This document shows positions 9,915-19,324 of a DNA stretch of 64,000 bases, one piece after another. Positions within the stretch are counted from its first letter, which is position 1; each line of letters starts with the position of its first letter. The stretch comes from an uncultured Candidatus Saccharibacteria bacterium. Lineage in GTDB: Bacteria; Patescibacteriota; Minisyncoccia; Phycocordibacterales; Zambryskibacteraceae. The DNA is taken from assembly GCA_964642835.1 (NCBI GenBank), contig CAZXQA010000001.1, forward strand, positions 325,387-389,386. Direction: 5' to 3'. Below the pieces are notes generated by a model that was given only the letters and a program-made list of their open reading frames with translations, did no database searches and was not told the DNA's origin. The translations under genes were made by a program, and so were the position numbers.

Positions 9915-10152
9915 TAATGAGGCGGCGGCATTGCGGACTCGTAGCGTCCGGGATGGACTACGACGAGATGTGGCAGCGTGTCCTCGATCTTACGAAAGGA
10001 GACCGAGCACTATGAGCATCATGAAAAAAGTACGCCTGTTCTCAATCCCCAACCCAAGGAAGGTGCCCTGGTAGTCCTTCAGTACTAGACGTATTGCCGG
10101 CCGCACGTGTGCGGCCGGCATCCCACCCCACCGGCTCAATGAGCTGGTTTTT
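9915..10152 (+). ncRNA. Candidate structured RNA or small-peptide transcript (possible 20-aa ORF 10012-10074)
   Basis: TTGACT at 9883; GGACTAC(9955-61)/GTAGTCC(10071-77) pairing; palindrome 10095-10120; terminator 10130-10152; AAAGGAG before ATG 10012. Confidence 0.3.
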
Positions 10153-10206
10153 TATATAAAAGAAAGGCGGCCCAGGAAGGGCCGCCTCGAGAAAGCACTT
10201 GAAAAT

Positions 10207-10476
10207 TTAGAACACGGAGAGCGACGAGCGATCCCGGGCAACACGATGAGAACGCCTTGAGCCATGCTGGGCGCGATTCGTGGCCGCACGCTGCTCTTTG
10301 CGCCGCTTGTGCTCTTCGGGAGAAATCACTTCACCACCTTTGCCTGTGCAGATACGCTGTTCGCGGCCTTGAGGACCATCGACCCAGACGATGAGTCCGT
10401 GACGGAACTCGCCGGACGAAAGCGTTGGATCATTCTTTCTGCCATTGCGAAACGCGGTCTTAAATCGGTAAAACAT
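10207..10476 (-). CDS. Orphan basic hypothetical protein (cassette)
   Basis: GAGGAGG SD before MFYRFK; terminator 10165-10187. Confidence 0.65.
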   Translation of the reverse strand: MFYRFKTAFRNGRKNDPTLSSGEFRHGLIVWVDGPQGREQRICTGKGGEVISPEEHKRRKEQRAATNRAQHGSRRSHRVARDRSSLSVF

Positions 10477-10584
10477 GCATCCTCCTCGGAAACAGTTTAG
10501 GAACAATGGACTAGAAAAGATGATAACGCTATCTCAAAATAAAACAACAGGCGCCACGCGTGCGCCTGTGTCCTTATGAATCTC

Positions 10585-10761
10585 TTAGCCACGAAGTTTG
10601 AAATCTTCCTCCGCGAGAAGCATCCGAAGCTCCGTATGGAACCACAGCTCTTCTACCGAATCCCCCGCGTGAAAGACTTGGCCATGCGCTCCGAGACGGA
10701 GCACATCGGCAAACGAGAAAATCTTCCCCGTCGCCTTCTCCTTATACGTGATCTCAACCAT
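10585..10761 (-). CDS. Orphan 58-aa protein (cassette; not in ORF track)
   Basis: AAAGGAGG SD; MVEITYKEKATGKIFSFADVLRLGAHGQVFHAGDSVEELWFHTELRMLLAEEDFKLRG; terminator 10547-10569. Confidence 0.65.
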   Translation of the reverse strand: MVEITYKEKATGKIFSFADVLRLGAHGQVFHAGDSVEELWFHTELRMLLAEEDFKLRG

Positions 10762-10802
10762 TATTAACCTCCTTTCTTACAATAACACGTTTGTAGAGAA
10801 AA

Positions 10803-12014
10803 TCAACTCTTGCCGTATGTTTCGAGAAATTCTTTTTTAAACTCTTTAAATGTTCCCGCGAGGATATGCTCACGCATCTTCTTCACGAGATTGATGATGA
10901 AATAGAGATTGTGGATCGAACCCAAGGTGCCGCCAAGCATTTCGTGTGCTCTATATAAGTGACAGAGGTACGCGCGGGAATAATGTTTGCACACGGAGCA
11001 ACCGCAAGCCTCGTCGACAGGATTGATATCCTCGCGATAATCGGCACCCTTAATATTGATCTTCCCTTTCGCAGTGTAGAGCGTGCCCCCACGACCATTG
11101 CGCGTCGGTGCCACGCAGTCGAAGAGATCGACGCCATTCTCCACACCCATAAACAAATCCTCCGGCTCCCCTATTCCGAGCAGATGCCGAGGTTTATCCT
11201 TTGGCAAAATTTCGTTCACCCACTTCACCGCCGTCTCCATATCTTCTTTGGCGAAGGAGCCGCCGATACCGAAGCCATCGAAGTCGAGGGCGCCGATAAA
11301 CTCAGCCGAGCGCTTACGAAGCTCCTCATCACGCCCCCCTTGGACGATACCGAAGAGAGCTTGAGTCTCCTGATTCGGCTTCGATTTGTGATACTCCAAG
11401 CTGCGTTCGGCCCAGCGATGCGTGCGCTCAAGAGCTTCCTCCTGATAGCGACGAGTCTCCGTCGGCGAGGTGCATTCGTCGAAAGCGAAAATCATATCTG
11501 CGCCGAGGTTGTGTTGGATCTCGATACTCTTCTCCGGCGTAATGTAGTGGAGAGAACCGTCGTGATGCGAGCGGAAGGAGACACCGTCTTGGCCCACTTT
11601 CGCGAGGCGGGGCACCTCACCTTCGCTCGAGCGCTCGGCAAGAAGCTGTGACGGATCGGTAATCGAAACCACTTTCGAAAGTTCCTTGCCGTATGCCGCT
11701 CCGAGCGAGAAGACCTGGAACCCGCCGGAGTCCGTCATCGTCGGACCATACCAATTCATAAATTTCTGGAGTCCGCCAAACTTCTTCACCCGCTCGTCTC
11801 CCGGCTCAAGATACAAGTGGTACGTATTCGCGAGAACGACCTGCGCTCCCGTTTCCAAAATTTGTTCAGGTGTGAGAGCCTTCACGCTCGCCTTCGTTCC
11901 CACACTCACAAACGCCGGCGTCTCGATGACTCCGTGCAACGTCTCAATCTTCCCCGCTCGTCCCATCTCGCCGGGGATCTCTTTGTGTATCTCAAACGTA
12001 ATTGGTTTCTGCAT
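10803..12014 (-). CDS. tgt: tRNA-guanine transglycosylase
   Basis: ETPAFVSVGT, NTYHL, TDSGGFQVFSL, GIVQGG, DLFDCV, CxCxxC...H zinc site. Confidence 0.97.
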   Translation of the reverse strand: MQKPITFEIHKEIPGEMGRAGKIETLHGVIETPAFVSVGTKASVKALTPEQILETGAQVVLANTYHLYLEPGDERVKKFGGLQKFMNWYGPTMTDSGGFQVFSLGAAYGKELSKVVSITDPSQLLAERSSEGEVPRLAKVGQDGVSFRSHHDGSLHYITPEKSIEIQHNLGADMIFAFDECTSPTETRRYQEEALERTHRWAERSLEYHKSKPNQETQALFGIVQGGRDEELRKRSAEFIGALDFDGFGIGGSFAKEDMETAVKWVNEILPKDKPRHLLGIGEPEDLFMGVENGVDLFDCVAPTRNGRGGTLYTAKGKINIKGADYREDINPVDEACGCSVCKHYSRAYLCHLYRAHEMLGGTLGSIHNLYFIINLVKKMREHILAGTFKEFKKEFLETYGKS

Positions 12015-12160
12015 TCAAAGACAGATTAGCATTTTTTAGACAAACAAAAAGCCGGACCGCATGCGGGTCCAGCTAGGTGAGCATCGTCGCTCATGATCAA
12101 CTTCTTTTTTCTCAAAAACTTCACGAGAGAACTAGATGGTACCTGACCCACACATTACCG

Positions 12161-12346
12161 TTACTTGCGAGAGAGTTGGTTGATTTCCCATTCGACTTCG
12201 TTGAGCCTTTCACGTTTTGCCTGAAGTACTCGAGTATAGGAATGGAACACGGGTTCATTATTCCTAAACTGTTCAGCAAACTGAGTGACTGACTTGATGC
12301 TTTCCTGCAAACCCTTGCGAACAACCAAGTAATCGTTGAGATTCAT
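12161..12346 (-). CDS. Orphan small helical protein (cassette)
   Basis: TTGACAAATAGG...TATGAT promoter, purine-rich SD, 61-aa ORF, terminator about 12050-12074. Confidence 0.6.
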   Translation of the reverse strand: MNLNDYLVVRKGLQESIKSVTQFAEQFRNNEPVFHSYTRVLQAKRERLNEVEWEINQLSRK

Positions 12347-12434
12347 CGGACACCTACCCTTCTCTGTTCATCATATCATAGTACAGCCTATTTGTCAAGC
12401 ATTTTCTTCAGTTCATTAAAATAGCCCTATACAA

Positions 12435-12528
12435 CCTCATCCCCTGCCCTTCTCCTAGACGTAAGGAGAAGGGAGAAAATAAAAACCCTCTCCTTGCGAC
12501 TAGGAGAGGGTGGCGAAGCCGGGTGAGG
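12435..12528. repeat. REP/MITE-like palindromic element
   Basis: CCTCA...CCCTTCTCCT-N-AGGAGAAGGG...CCCTCTCCT-N-AGGAGAGGG...GCGAAGC...TGAGG double-hairpin architecture. Confidence 0.65.
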
Positions 12529-12529
12529 T

Positions 12530-13531
12530 CTACCTCTTCGCAATCACACTCTTCTTATAGGTATCGAGGTGTTCGAGAGCGACGCCAGTACCCTTGGCGA
12601 CACAGAAGTAGGCGTCCTTGGCGAGGACAGCCTTCACTCCCGTACGACGAAGCATAAGTTCCGGGAAGTGGCGAAGCTGTGAGGAGCCGCCGGTCATGAT
12701 GATCCCCTTGTCGATAATGTCGGAGGAGAGTTCCGGAGGAGTCTCTTGGAGCACATGCTTCACCGCCGCGACCATCTCGCGCAGCTCCTTGCCGATTGCC
12801 TTCACGATTTCGTTTGTCTTCAAATCAATAGTGCGTGGCAAACCCAACACGAAGTCGCGACCCTTCACCTGCATAGTAAGCTCTTCCTCAAGCGGGATCG
12901 CCGAGCCGATCTTAATCTTCACGTCCTCCGCCATCTTGTCGCCAATGACGAGATTGTGCGTCTTCTTAATGTAGTCCGCGATCGCGGCATCGAGCTTGTT
13001 GCCGGCCACCTTAACCGAGGTGGAAGCGACGATGCCACCGAGCGAGATAACAGCCACGTCAGTCGTCCCACCACCGATATCGACAATCATATGTCCTGCC
13101 GCTTCCTGAATCGGAATTCCCGCGCCGATCGCCGCGAGAATTGGTTCCTTCACGACGTAGGCGTTCTTGGCTCCGGCCTTGAGAGCGGCTTCGATCACGG
13201 CCCGACGCTCCGTCGAGGTCACGCCCGCGGGCACCGAGATGAGCACGTCCGGTTTCCAGATATTCCACTTGCCGAGCGTGCGGTCGATGTAGTAGCGAAG
13301 CATCGCTTCGGTCACGCGATAGTCGGCAATAACGCCATCTTTCATTGGACGATAAGCCCGAATACCGCCTGGCGTGCGGCCGATCATTGTCTTCGCTTCC
13401 GAACCGATAGCGAGAATTTTGTTGTCATCTGAGATCGCGACGACGGAGGGTTCGTTGAGGACGATCCCCTTACCGGGGACGAAGACGAGAATATTGGTGG
13501 TACCAAGATCGATACCGAGTTTCTTAGCCAT
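12530..13531 (-). CDS. mreB: Rod shape-determining protein MreB
   Basis: LGIDLGTTN, EPSVVA, DIGGGTTD, MTGGSSQL. Confidence 0.96.
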   Translation of the reverse strand: MAKKLGIDLGTTNILVFVPGKGIVLNEPSVVAISDDNKILAIGSEAKTMIGRTPGGIRAYRPMKDGVIADYRVTEAMLRYYIDRTLGKWNIWKPDVLISVPAGVTSTERRAVIEAALKAGAKNAYVVKEPILAAIGAGIPIQEAAGHMIVDIGGGTTDVAVISLGGIVASTSVKVAGNKLDAAIADYIKKTHNLVIGDKMAEDVKIKIGSAIPLEEELTMQVKGRDFVLGLPRTIDLKTNEIVKAIGKELREMVAAVKHVLQETPPELSSDIIDKGIIMTGGSSQLRHFPELMLRRTGVKAVLAKDAYFCVAKGTGVALEHLDTYKKSVIAKR

Positions 13532-13581
13532 GGAGCCAATGATACTATAACGCCATGAAAGAGGGAAAAAAGAACGGCAGC

Positions 13582-15426
13582 ATGTATCTCGTCGAGGTGA
13601 TCCCTTTATCGAAGTCTCCACTCGCGAGCTCCCTCTCCTATTTCTCGGGTGAGAAACTCACTCCGGGTACGATTGTCGGTGTCCCTGTACGCTACAAACT
13701 CACCCCCGCCATCGTTATCTCGAGTAAGGATGTGCGCTCCGCCAAATCCGACATTCGTCGTGCCGGCTTTCTCTTAAAGAAGATCCGCAAAGCCGACATC
13801 ATGGCAGCCATCCTCGATCCGTATATTCTGGAAGCGGCCCAAGGTCTCGCCCGCTTCTACGCCGCCCCCATCGGCACCATTCTCACCACTCTCTTGCCAA
13901 AGGTGGCGCTCGATAAACCGGAGATATTTTTCCCCTTAGGGAATACCCGCAAGAAACCGAACGCCCCGGCCCCGCGCGAAACTTTCCTCCTCCAAATGGA
14001 AAGCGAGGAACGCTTCGGACAATATCGTGCTCTCGTGCGCCAAGCCTTCGCGAGAGAAACATCGGTCATGCTTATCGTGCCAACTCACCTCGATGCTGAA
14101 CGGGCGGCCGTTCTCCTCTCGAAAGGGATTAGCGAATTTGTGCATGTCTTCACTCTCGAAGGCCGGAATGCCGCTCGACAAGCTTGGACGACAGCCCTCA
14201 CTGAGAAGCACCCCATTCTCTTTATTACAACCCCAGCAGGCATCCTCTTCTCTCGCCCAGATCTCGACACGATAATCGTCGAGCGCCTGAACTCGCGCGC
14301 CTTCCGCACTCTTGCGCGCCCCTTCCTCGACATGCGAGCGGTAGCGGAACGACTAGCCAAAGCATCCGGTCGCCAACTTGTTATTGGTGACTCGGTTCTC
14401 CCAGTTGAAACATTGTGGCGCGAGAAGCGAGGCGACTTCGGCGAAACAAGTCTCATCCGCTGGCGCTTGCCGGCTGCTACTGCTCGCGTGGTTGATGCGC
14501 GCACCAAACAAGACAGCCACGGTGGGTTCGAGATCTTTACTCCCGAGCTTAAAGAATTACTCGCGCGAGCAGTGAGTGAGAACCGAAGAATATTTCTCTT
14601 CGGTGCTCGTAAGGGCCTCGCTCCAACAACTGTCTGCGGTGACTGCGGTACCGTCCTTCCCTGCGAGAACTGCGGCGCGCCTGTCGTCCTGCATCGACGT
14701 GGCGAGATGACCCTCTACGTCTGTCACGCCTGCAGTGCCACGCGCGAACCTTCGACCCTCTGCGGTACATGCCGGAGTTGGCGGCTCGTCCCTCTTGGCG
14801 TCGGGACCGAAGAGATCGCTCGCCAAGCCTCGCTCCTCTTCCCCGACACGCCGGTCACCATTCTTGATAAAGATCACGCACCCACGGATGCGAAGGCCGC
14901 CGCCGTGGCGGAAGAATTCCGCCACGGCGGCGGTATCCTCGTCGGCACCGAGTACGCCTTCTATTATCTTGACCCCGTTCCCTATTCCGCCGTCGTCTCG
15001 GTCGACGCGCTCTTTTCCATCCCAGACTTCTACATTAACGAACGCGTGTTCTATCTCGTCAGCCGCCTGCGGGAAACCACTCAAACCGAAACCCTTATCC
15101 AAACCAGAAACATTGGTCGCCAAACGCTCGCCTGGGCTGCTCAAGGCAACATTAGCGACTTCTACCAAACGGAGATAGATGAGCGCGAAGCACTTCTTTA
15201 TCCGCCCTTCTCCATCTTCGTTAAGATCACCGTACCTAAGGAGCGGCGAGAGACACTCCAGAGCCTCCGCGAGACCTTCCGTCAGTGGGAACCGGACATC
15301 TTCCGCGACTCGCTCGTCATGCGCGTACCACGCACCGCCTGGCCGGACGAAGAGCTCACCACGAAACTCTCTTTGCTCGGGCCCGAGTTTAGTATTAAAG
15401 TGGACCCAGAAAGTCTCATGGGATGA
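13582..15426 (+). CDS. priA: Primosomal protein N' with degenerate helicase motifs
   Basis: N-terminal 3'-DNA-binding-like region, four CxxC pairs, GxGTE, ILVGTE, YPPF; no Walker A or DExH. Confidence 0.85.
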   Translation: MYLVEVIPLSKSPLASSLSYFSGEKLTPGTIVGVPVRYKLTPAIVISSKDVRSAKSDIRRAGFLLKKIRKADIMAAILDPYILEAAQGLARFYAAPIGTILTTLLPKVALDKPEIFFPLGNTRKKPNAPAPRETFLLQMESEERFGQYRALVRQAFARETSVMLIVPTHLDAERAAVLLSKGISEFVHVFTLEGRNAARQAWTTALTEKHPILFITTPAGILFSRPDLDTIIVERLNSRAFRTLARPFLDMRAVAERLAKASGRQLVIGDSVLPVETLWREKRGDFGETSLIRWRLPAATARVVDARTKQDSHGGFEIFTPELKELLARAVSENRRIFLFGARKGLAPTTVCGDCGTVLPCENCGAPVVLHRRGEMTLYVCHACSATREPSTLCGTCRSWRLVPLGVGTEEIARQASLLFPDTPVTILDKDHAPTDAKAAAVAEEFRHGGGILVGTEYAFYYLDPVPYSAVVSVDALFSIPDFYINERVFYLVSRLRETTQTETLIQTRNIGRQTLAWAAQGNISDFYQTEIDEREALLYPPFSIFVKITVPKERRETLQSLRETFRQWEPDIFRDSLVMRVPRTAWPDEELTTKLSLLGPEFSIKVDPESLMG

Positions 15427-15989
15427 GACTTTCAAAAGAGATGCCACTTATAAACACCCCTAAGAAGAAAACCCTCATCCTCGACCGCGACGCGGCCGTG
15501 CTTCGGGCTATCGCGAAAGCCGTGCCGGAGAGTGAGATCGGCTCGAAGTCTCTCTCTAAAATCTTAGAGACCATGAAGCAGGCCCTCCACGGCGAAGACG
15601 ACGGCGTAGCCATTGCCGCGCCGCAGATAGGCGCGAGTCTCCGCATTTTTATCGTCAAAGGTTCCACCCTTGCTCTCGCGAGCGGCGCGCCAGAAGAGGA
15701 AGCAAAAGGTCTCGCCGACATTGTCTTTATTAATCCTGAAATCACCAAAGTTTCTAAAAAAATGAAGCGCATGGAAGAAGGTTGCCTCTCCGTCCGCTGG
15801 CTCTATGGAAACGTCAAAAGGCATGAGAAAGTAACCCTCTCCGCAACCACCGAAGGCGGCAAACGTTTCAGTGTCGGCGCTTCTGGACTCCTCGCACAAA
15901 TTTTCCAACACGAAGTTGACCATTTAGACGGGGTCCTCTTTATCGATAAGGCTGAGAACGTTCGTAACTTACCACCCGATGCCGAATAA
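15423..15989 (+). CDS. def: Peptide deformylase (start may be 15441)
   Basis: GVAIAAPQIG, EGCLS, QHEVDHLDG. Confidence 0.96.
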   Translation: MRLSKEMPLINTPKKKTLILDRDAAVLRAIAKAVPESEIGSKSLSKILETMKQALHGEDDGVAIAAPQIGASLRIFIVKGSTLALASGAPEEEAKGLADIVFINPEITKVSKKMKRMEEGCLSVRWLYGNVKRHEKVTLSATTEGGKRFSVGASGLLAQIFQHEVDHLDGVLFIDKAENVRNLPPDAE

Positions 15990-16746
15990 CCCCCGCATTG
16001 TGTTCTTTGGTTCCTCTCGCTTCTCCGAGTACGTGCTCGATGAGTTAAAGAACGCCGACTACTTCCCTATTTTGGATATCACATCGAGCAAGGTTCCGCT
16101 CCCAACAGTCGAGGAGTTGAAAGCGCTCAAGCCAGACATTTTTGTCGTCGCCTCATTCGGGAAAATTTTGCCAAAGGAAATCTTGGAGATCCCAGCGCAT
16201 GGCTCCCTGAATGTGCATCCTTCCCTTCTTCCAGAACTGCGTGGTCCCGCCCCGATTCAAAATATTATTCTTGGCAAAGGTCTGCCGGGAGTGACTATTA
16301 TTAAAATGGATGAGGAAATGGACCACGGTCCCATCCTCGCCCAAGAAGCAGTCTCAATCTCACCATTCCCAAACCACTACGACGTCGTGGAAGAAGCCTT
16401 GGCTCGCGCTGGCGGGAAACTCCTTGCAGACCTCATCCCAAGCTGGATTGAAGGCGATATTGAAGCCGTGCCCCAAGACGACACCAAAGCCACCTTTATC
16501 AAACTCATCAAGAAAGAGGATGGCCTCGTCGACCTCGCTGCTTCAGCCGAAGAGAACTGGCGCAAAGTCTTGGCCTACAGCACCTGGCCGGGAGCTCATA
16601 TCTTTTTCAAACGTAAAACAGGCGAAGACATTCGCCTTGTCATAAAGGATGCCACCATCGAGAATGGCGTTTTTACTCCCCTCCGCGTCGTTCCTGCCGG
16701 GAAAAAGGAAATGGACTGGGAAAGCTTTCTTCGGGGCAACGCTTAG
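15979..16746 (+). CDS. fmt: Methionyl-tRNA formyltransferase
   Basis: IVFFGS, VVASFGKIL, NVHPSLLPELRGPAPI, MDHGPI. Confidence 0.95.
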   Translation: MPNNPRIVFFGSSRFSEYVLDELKNADYFPILDITSSKVPLPTVEELKALKPDIFVVASFGKILPKEILEIPAHGSLNVHPSLLPELRGPAPIQNIILGKGLPGVTIIKMDEEMDHGPILAQEAVSISPFPNHYDVVEEALARAGGKLLADLIPSWIEGDIEAVPQDDTKATFIKLIKKEDGLVDLAASAEENWRKVLAYSTWPGAHIFFKRKTGEDIRLVIKDATIENGVFTPLRVVPAGKKEMDWESFLRGNA

Positions 16747-16751
16747 AAAAA

Positions 16752-16925
16752 CTATTCTGCGAGGTTGGCGAAAAGATGTTCCGCAACCGGAGAAGAGAAA
16801 CTCTCCGCATCTGACTGTACTCGGTAAATGAAGAGGAGAAGACAAGCTGAGACAAGACCGCCACAGAGAACCGCAGCGGAAACCCATGGATTTGCTTTCT
16901 GGTGCCAGTATGCGCTCGTGTTCAT
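16752..16925 (-). CDS. 57-aa single-TM protein (not in ORF track)
   Basis: MNTSAYWHQKANPWVSAAVLCGGLVSACLLLFIYRVQSDAESFSSPVAEHLFANLAE; starts 5 nt after the hpf stop and fills the gap. Confidence 0.6.
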   Translation of the reverse strand: MNTSAYWHQKANPWVSAAVLCGGLVSACLLLFIYRVQSDAESFSSPVAEHLFANLAE

Positions 16926-16930
16926 GGGAC

Positions 16931-17305
16931 CTAAGTTCGTTTTTTAAAGAAATTTAAACCTTTCATCATATCCTTTACGGCTCGGCCACCACGACGAACC
17001 AGGGAAACTTGCTTACCCTTATCATGAGTAAGCTTCTTAACCACATCGTCACGCACGAGATCGATCGCCGCGTAAAGATCGGCCTGCTCAGAGACGGCAT
17101 AGATATCGAGCCCAGCTCCGGTAACACGTACTTCTGCTCGGAAGACATCTCCGTGCTTATGATGCCCGGTAGTCTTCCCCACCTCAATATGCACGGTCGG
17201 ATCAGCCGCTCCTAAATACTTCTCGATCCCTCCAATCTTCTTCTCCGCATAATTGGTAATAGCCGGCGTCAACTCAATACCCGTCGCTTTGATATTGGTT
17301 CTCAT
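16931..17305 (-). CDS. hpf: Ribosome hibernation factor / RaiA
   Basis: MRTNIKATGIELTPAITNYAEKKI...DLYAAID; TGgTATACT-6 nt-ATG start. Confidence 0.93.
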   Translation of the reverse strand: MRTNIKATGIELTPAITNYAEKKIGGIEKYLGAADPTVHIEVGKTTGHHKHGDVFRAEVRVTGAGLDIYAVSEQADLYAAIDLVRDDVVKKLTHDKGKQVSLVRRGGRAVKDMMKGLNFFKKRT

Positions 17306-17351
17306 ACTCTCAGTATACCAAGATAGGCAAAAAGAGCTGTTGATATGAAAC

Positions 17352-18203
17352 TTAGTCAAAAAGCTTCACGAGATAGGTATCAATCTCTCGCTGGTCGAGG
17401 TCGTAGAAGTACTTCCCCTCCTTGTGCAGGTCAGTTGCGAGGTCAATACCGACGTAGCGCCAGTGCCAAGGTTCGAAAACATAAAATTTGTTCTTCTCCG
17501 GGTAAGAAATAACGAAGCCGTATCGGTGCGCGTTCTTCAAAAGCCACTGATATGCGGGGTCCGCCGCGAATGGGTTGAAGTTCGCGCCGAGTTTCTTTGT
17601 CGTGAAGTCGAGGGCGGTCCCAAGCTGATGCTCTGAGTACCCCTGATCCGCGCTGAAAGCATTCGCGCCAGAGCCGTAGGTCACCTTGTAAGCACTTTTC
17701 AAAGCCGACTGCGCGCCGAAGGAGCGGAAGGCGGATTGCACGAGAAGCTCCACGTCAGCGTCCTTAGCATCTTCCAACAAGTCCTTGAGATACGGCCAGA
17801 CATCGCCATGGATCTGAGTGTTCGTCGCGCCCGGTCCACGAAACTCCTTATCGATATCCACAAGCTTCGAAGGAGTGTAGTTCTCGTTTAAGAAATAGAC
17901 CTTCGAATATTTCCTCAAGAGCTCCTCGTCGGTGTGTGCGAGCTTGTCGAGCGTGCCAACTGTCGAAGCGATGTCTCCGATCTGGCCCTGGAACGCGTCA
18001 ATGATCGCCTGCCGGTCCTCCACTGCGCGCATGAAGTCGTAAGTCATGTTGCGAGCGGATTCCAGTTCCGCCAATGTGGCCGCCTTCTCTTCCTCGATCC
18101 GCACATAGTTCACTCGAGCGTAGTACGAGAACGCCGCGAGGACTAGGACACCCACAATCGCCACCGGCCAACCATTCAACTTCTCGTAAAAAGGTTCTTT
18201 CAT
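17352..18203 (-). CDS. Membrane-anchored D-Ala-D-Ala carboxypeptidase (VanY/M15B)
   Basis: SAFRS, SEHQLGTALD, EPWHWRYVG; N-terminal TM and coiled coil. Confidence 0.9.
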   Translation of the reverse strand: MKEPFYEKLNGWPVAIVGVLVLAAFSYYARVNYVRIEEEKAATLAELESARNMTYDFMRAVEDRQAIIDAFQGQIGDIASTVGTLDKLAHTDEELLRKYSKVYFLNENYTPSKLVDIDKEFRGPGATNTQIHGDVWPYLKDLLEDAKDADVELLVQSAFRSFGAQSALKSAYKVTYGSGANAFSADQGYSEHQLGTALDFTTKKLGANFNPFAADPAYQWLLKNAHRYGFVISYPEKNKFYVFEPWHWRYVGIDLATDLHKEGKYFYDLDQREIDTYLVKLFD

Positions 18204-18205
18204 GG

Positions 18206-18628
18206 TTATTTCTTTTTCGCTTTCTGTTTATATAGGTTCTTCGACTCACGCGTTAGAGCAAGGATCGAGATGACAGCAATGTAGGAGGCGCTGATCTCAG
18301 GCGGCATGTGGTAATCGATGTGAAGAACGATTTGCGCGGTGATAAGAACGACCACGAAGAGCGTCCAAAGGACGGCATAGACTTCGCCCGGGTGCATTGA
18401 GCTGTGCATGTGGTGCCAACGACGAAACTCCTTCTCCGCGCTGTAGATCGCGAGCGCGGCACAATAGATAGCTGCCACACCAAGGACGACATGACTCTCG
18501 TCGAGAATATTGTGATGGAAGAAGTCGTAGGCAATAACGCCAAAAAACATAAGCGTCCAGAAATTCACCATGAAATACCAGAACCGGAAGTTCCCGACTT
18601 TCTCCGATAAGCGCAGGAGATTTCTCAT
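18206..18628 (-). CDS. Four-TM hypothetical membrane protein
   Basis: Hydrophobic helices; operon-like spacing with the carboxypeptidase. Confidence 0.75.
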   Translation of the reverse strand: MRNLLRLSEKVGNFRFWYFMVNFWTLMFFGVIAYDFFHHNILDESHVVLGVAAIYCAALAIYSAEKEFRRWHHMHSSMHPGEVYAVLWTLFVVVLITAQIVLHIDYHMPPEISASYIAVISILALTRESKNLYKQKAKKK

Positions 18629-18658
18629 GCTTTTATCGTAACACGACCGCGGAAGAAG

Positions 18659-19018
18659 CTACTGGTCCTGCTCGGCGAGCTTCACGGCCGCTTCTGGAGT
18701 AGAGACACTGCGACCCATGAGGAACAGGCGAATAACGGCAATGGCGAGGAGCCAGTAGACCGCCATGGCGAGAAGGGTGGTCCACTCAAAGACCGAACCA
18801 GAAGTGATCTGAGACATACGGAAGACGCCCAAGAATGGAGCGACGAATGGGTAGGAAACGGTGTAGATAAAGCTCGTAAAACCTGCTCCTGAGTTGGCGC
18901 CCAATAATTTAAGAACGAACCGGAAAGCCATGAAAGCTTCGAGCACGCCCAAGATATACCACACAACCTGCGTTCCGCGATACAAAGGCTTCGTACTGGG
19001 TGAATTGAATGAGTCCAT
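18659..19018 (-). CDS. YggT family membrane protein
   Basis: RFVLKLLGAN...FIYTVSYPFVAPFLGVF pattern. Confidence 0.8.
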   Translation of the reverse strand: MDSFNSPSTKPLYRGTQVVWYILGVLEAFMAFRFVLKLLGANSGAGFTSFIYTVSYPFVAPFLGVFRMSQITSGSVFEWTTLLAMAVYWLLAIAVIRLFLMGRSVSTPEAAVKLAEQDQ

Positions 19019-19072
19019 ACAAGAAAAGACGAGACAGGGGGAACATTAATACATCTTTAGTAGAATATCCGC

Positions 19073-19324
19073 ATGACATCCCCACAACCCCTCGGCGGCA
19101 CGGTCCATGCGTTACCGAAAGACTTAAAGGAAGCCATTCTGGCTTCGAAGCCTGTTCTTACCTTGTGGCAGGACATCACTCCCCTCGCCAGAAACGAATG
19201 GATCTGCTGGGTCACTTCCGGCAAAAAGGCAGAGACACGGGATATACGAATTACAAAAGCCCTTTCGAAAATGAAAGGTGGCATGCGTCGCCCGTGCTGC
19301 TGGGCTGGCTGTCCACACCGCTAA
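19073..19324 (+). CDS. YdeI/OmpD-associated family protein
   Basis: LPKDL...WQDITPLARNEWICWVTSGKKAETR...RRPCCWAGCPHR. Confidence 0.85.
   Translation: MTSPQPLGGTVHALPKDLKEAILASKPVLTLWQDITPLARNEWICWVTSGKKAETRDIRITKALSKMKGGMRRPCCWAGCPHR

Noticed and set aside
10576-10767. 63-aa plus-strand ORF in the track
   Set aside because: The minus-strand 58-aa ORF has the SD and a correctly oriented terminator.
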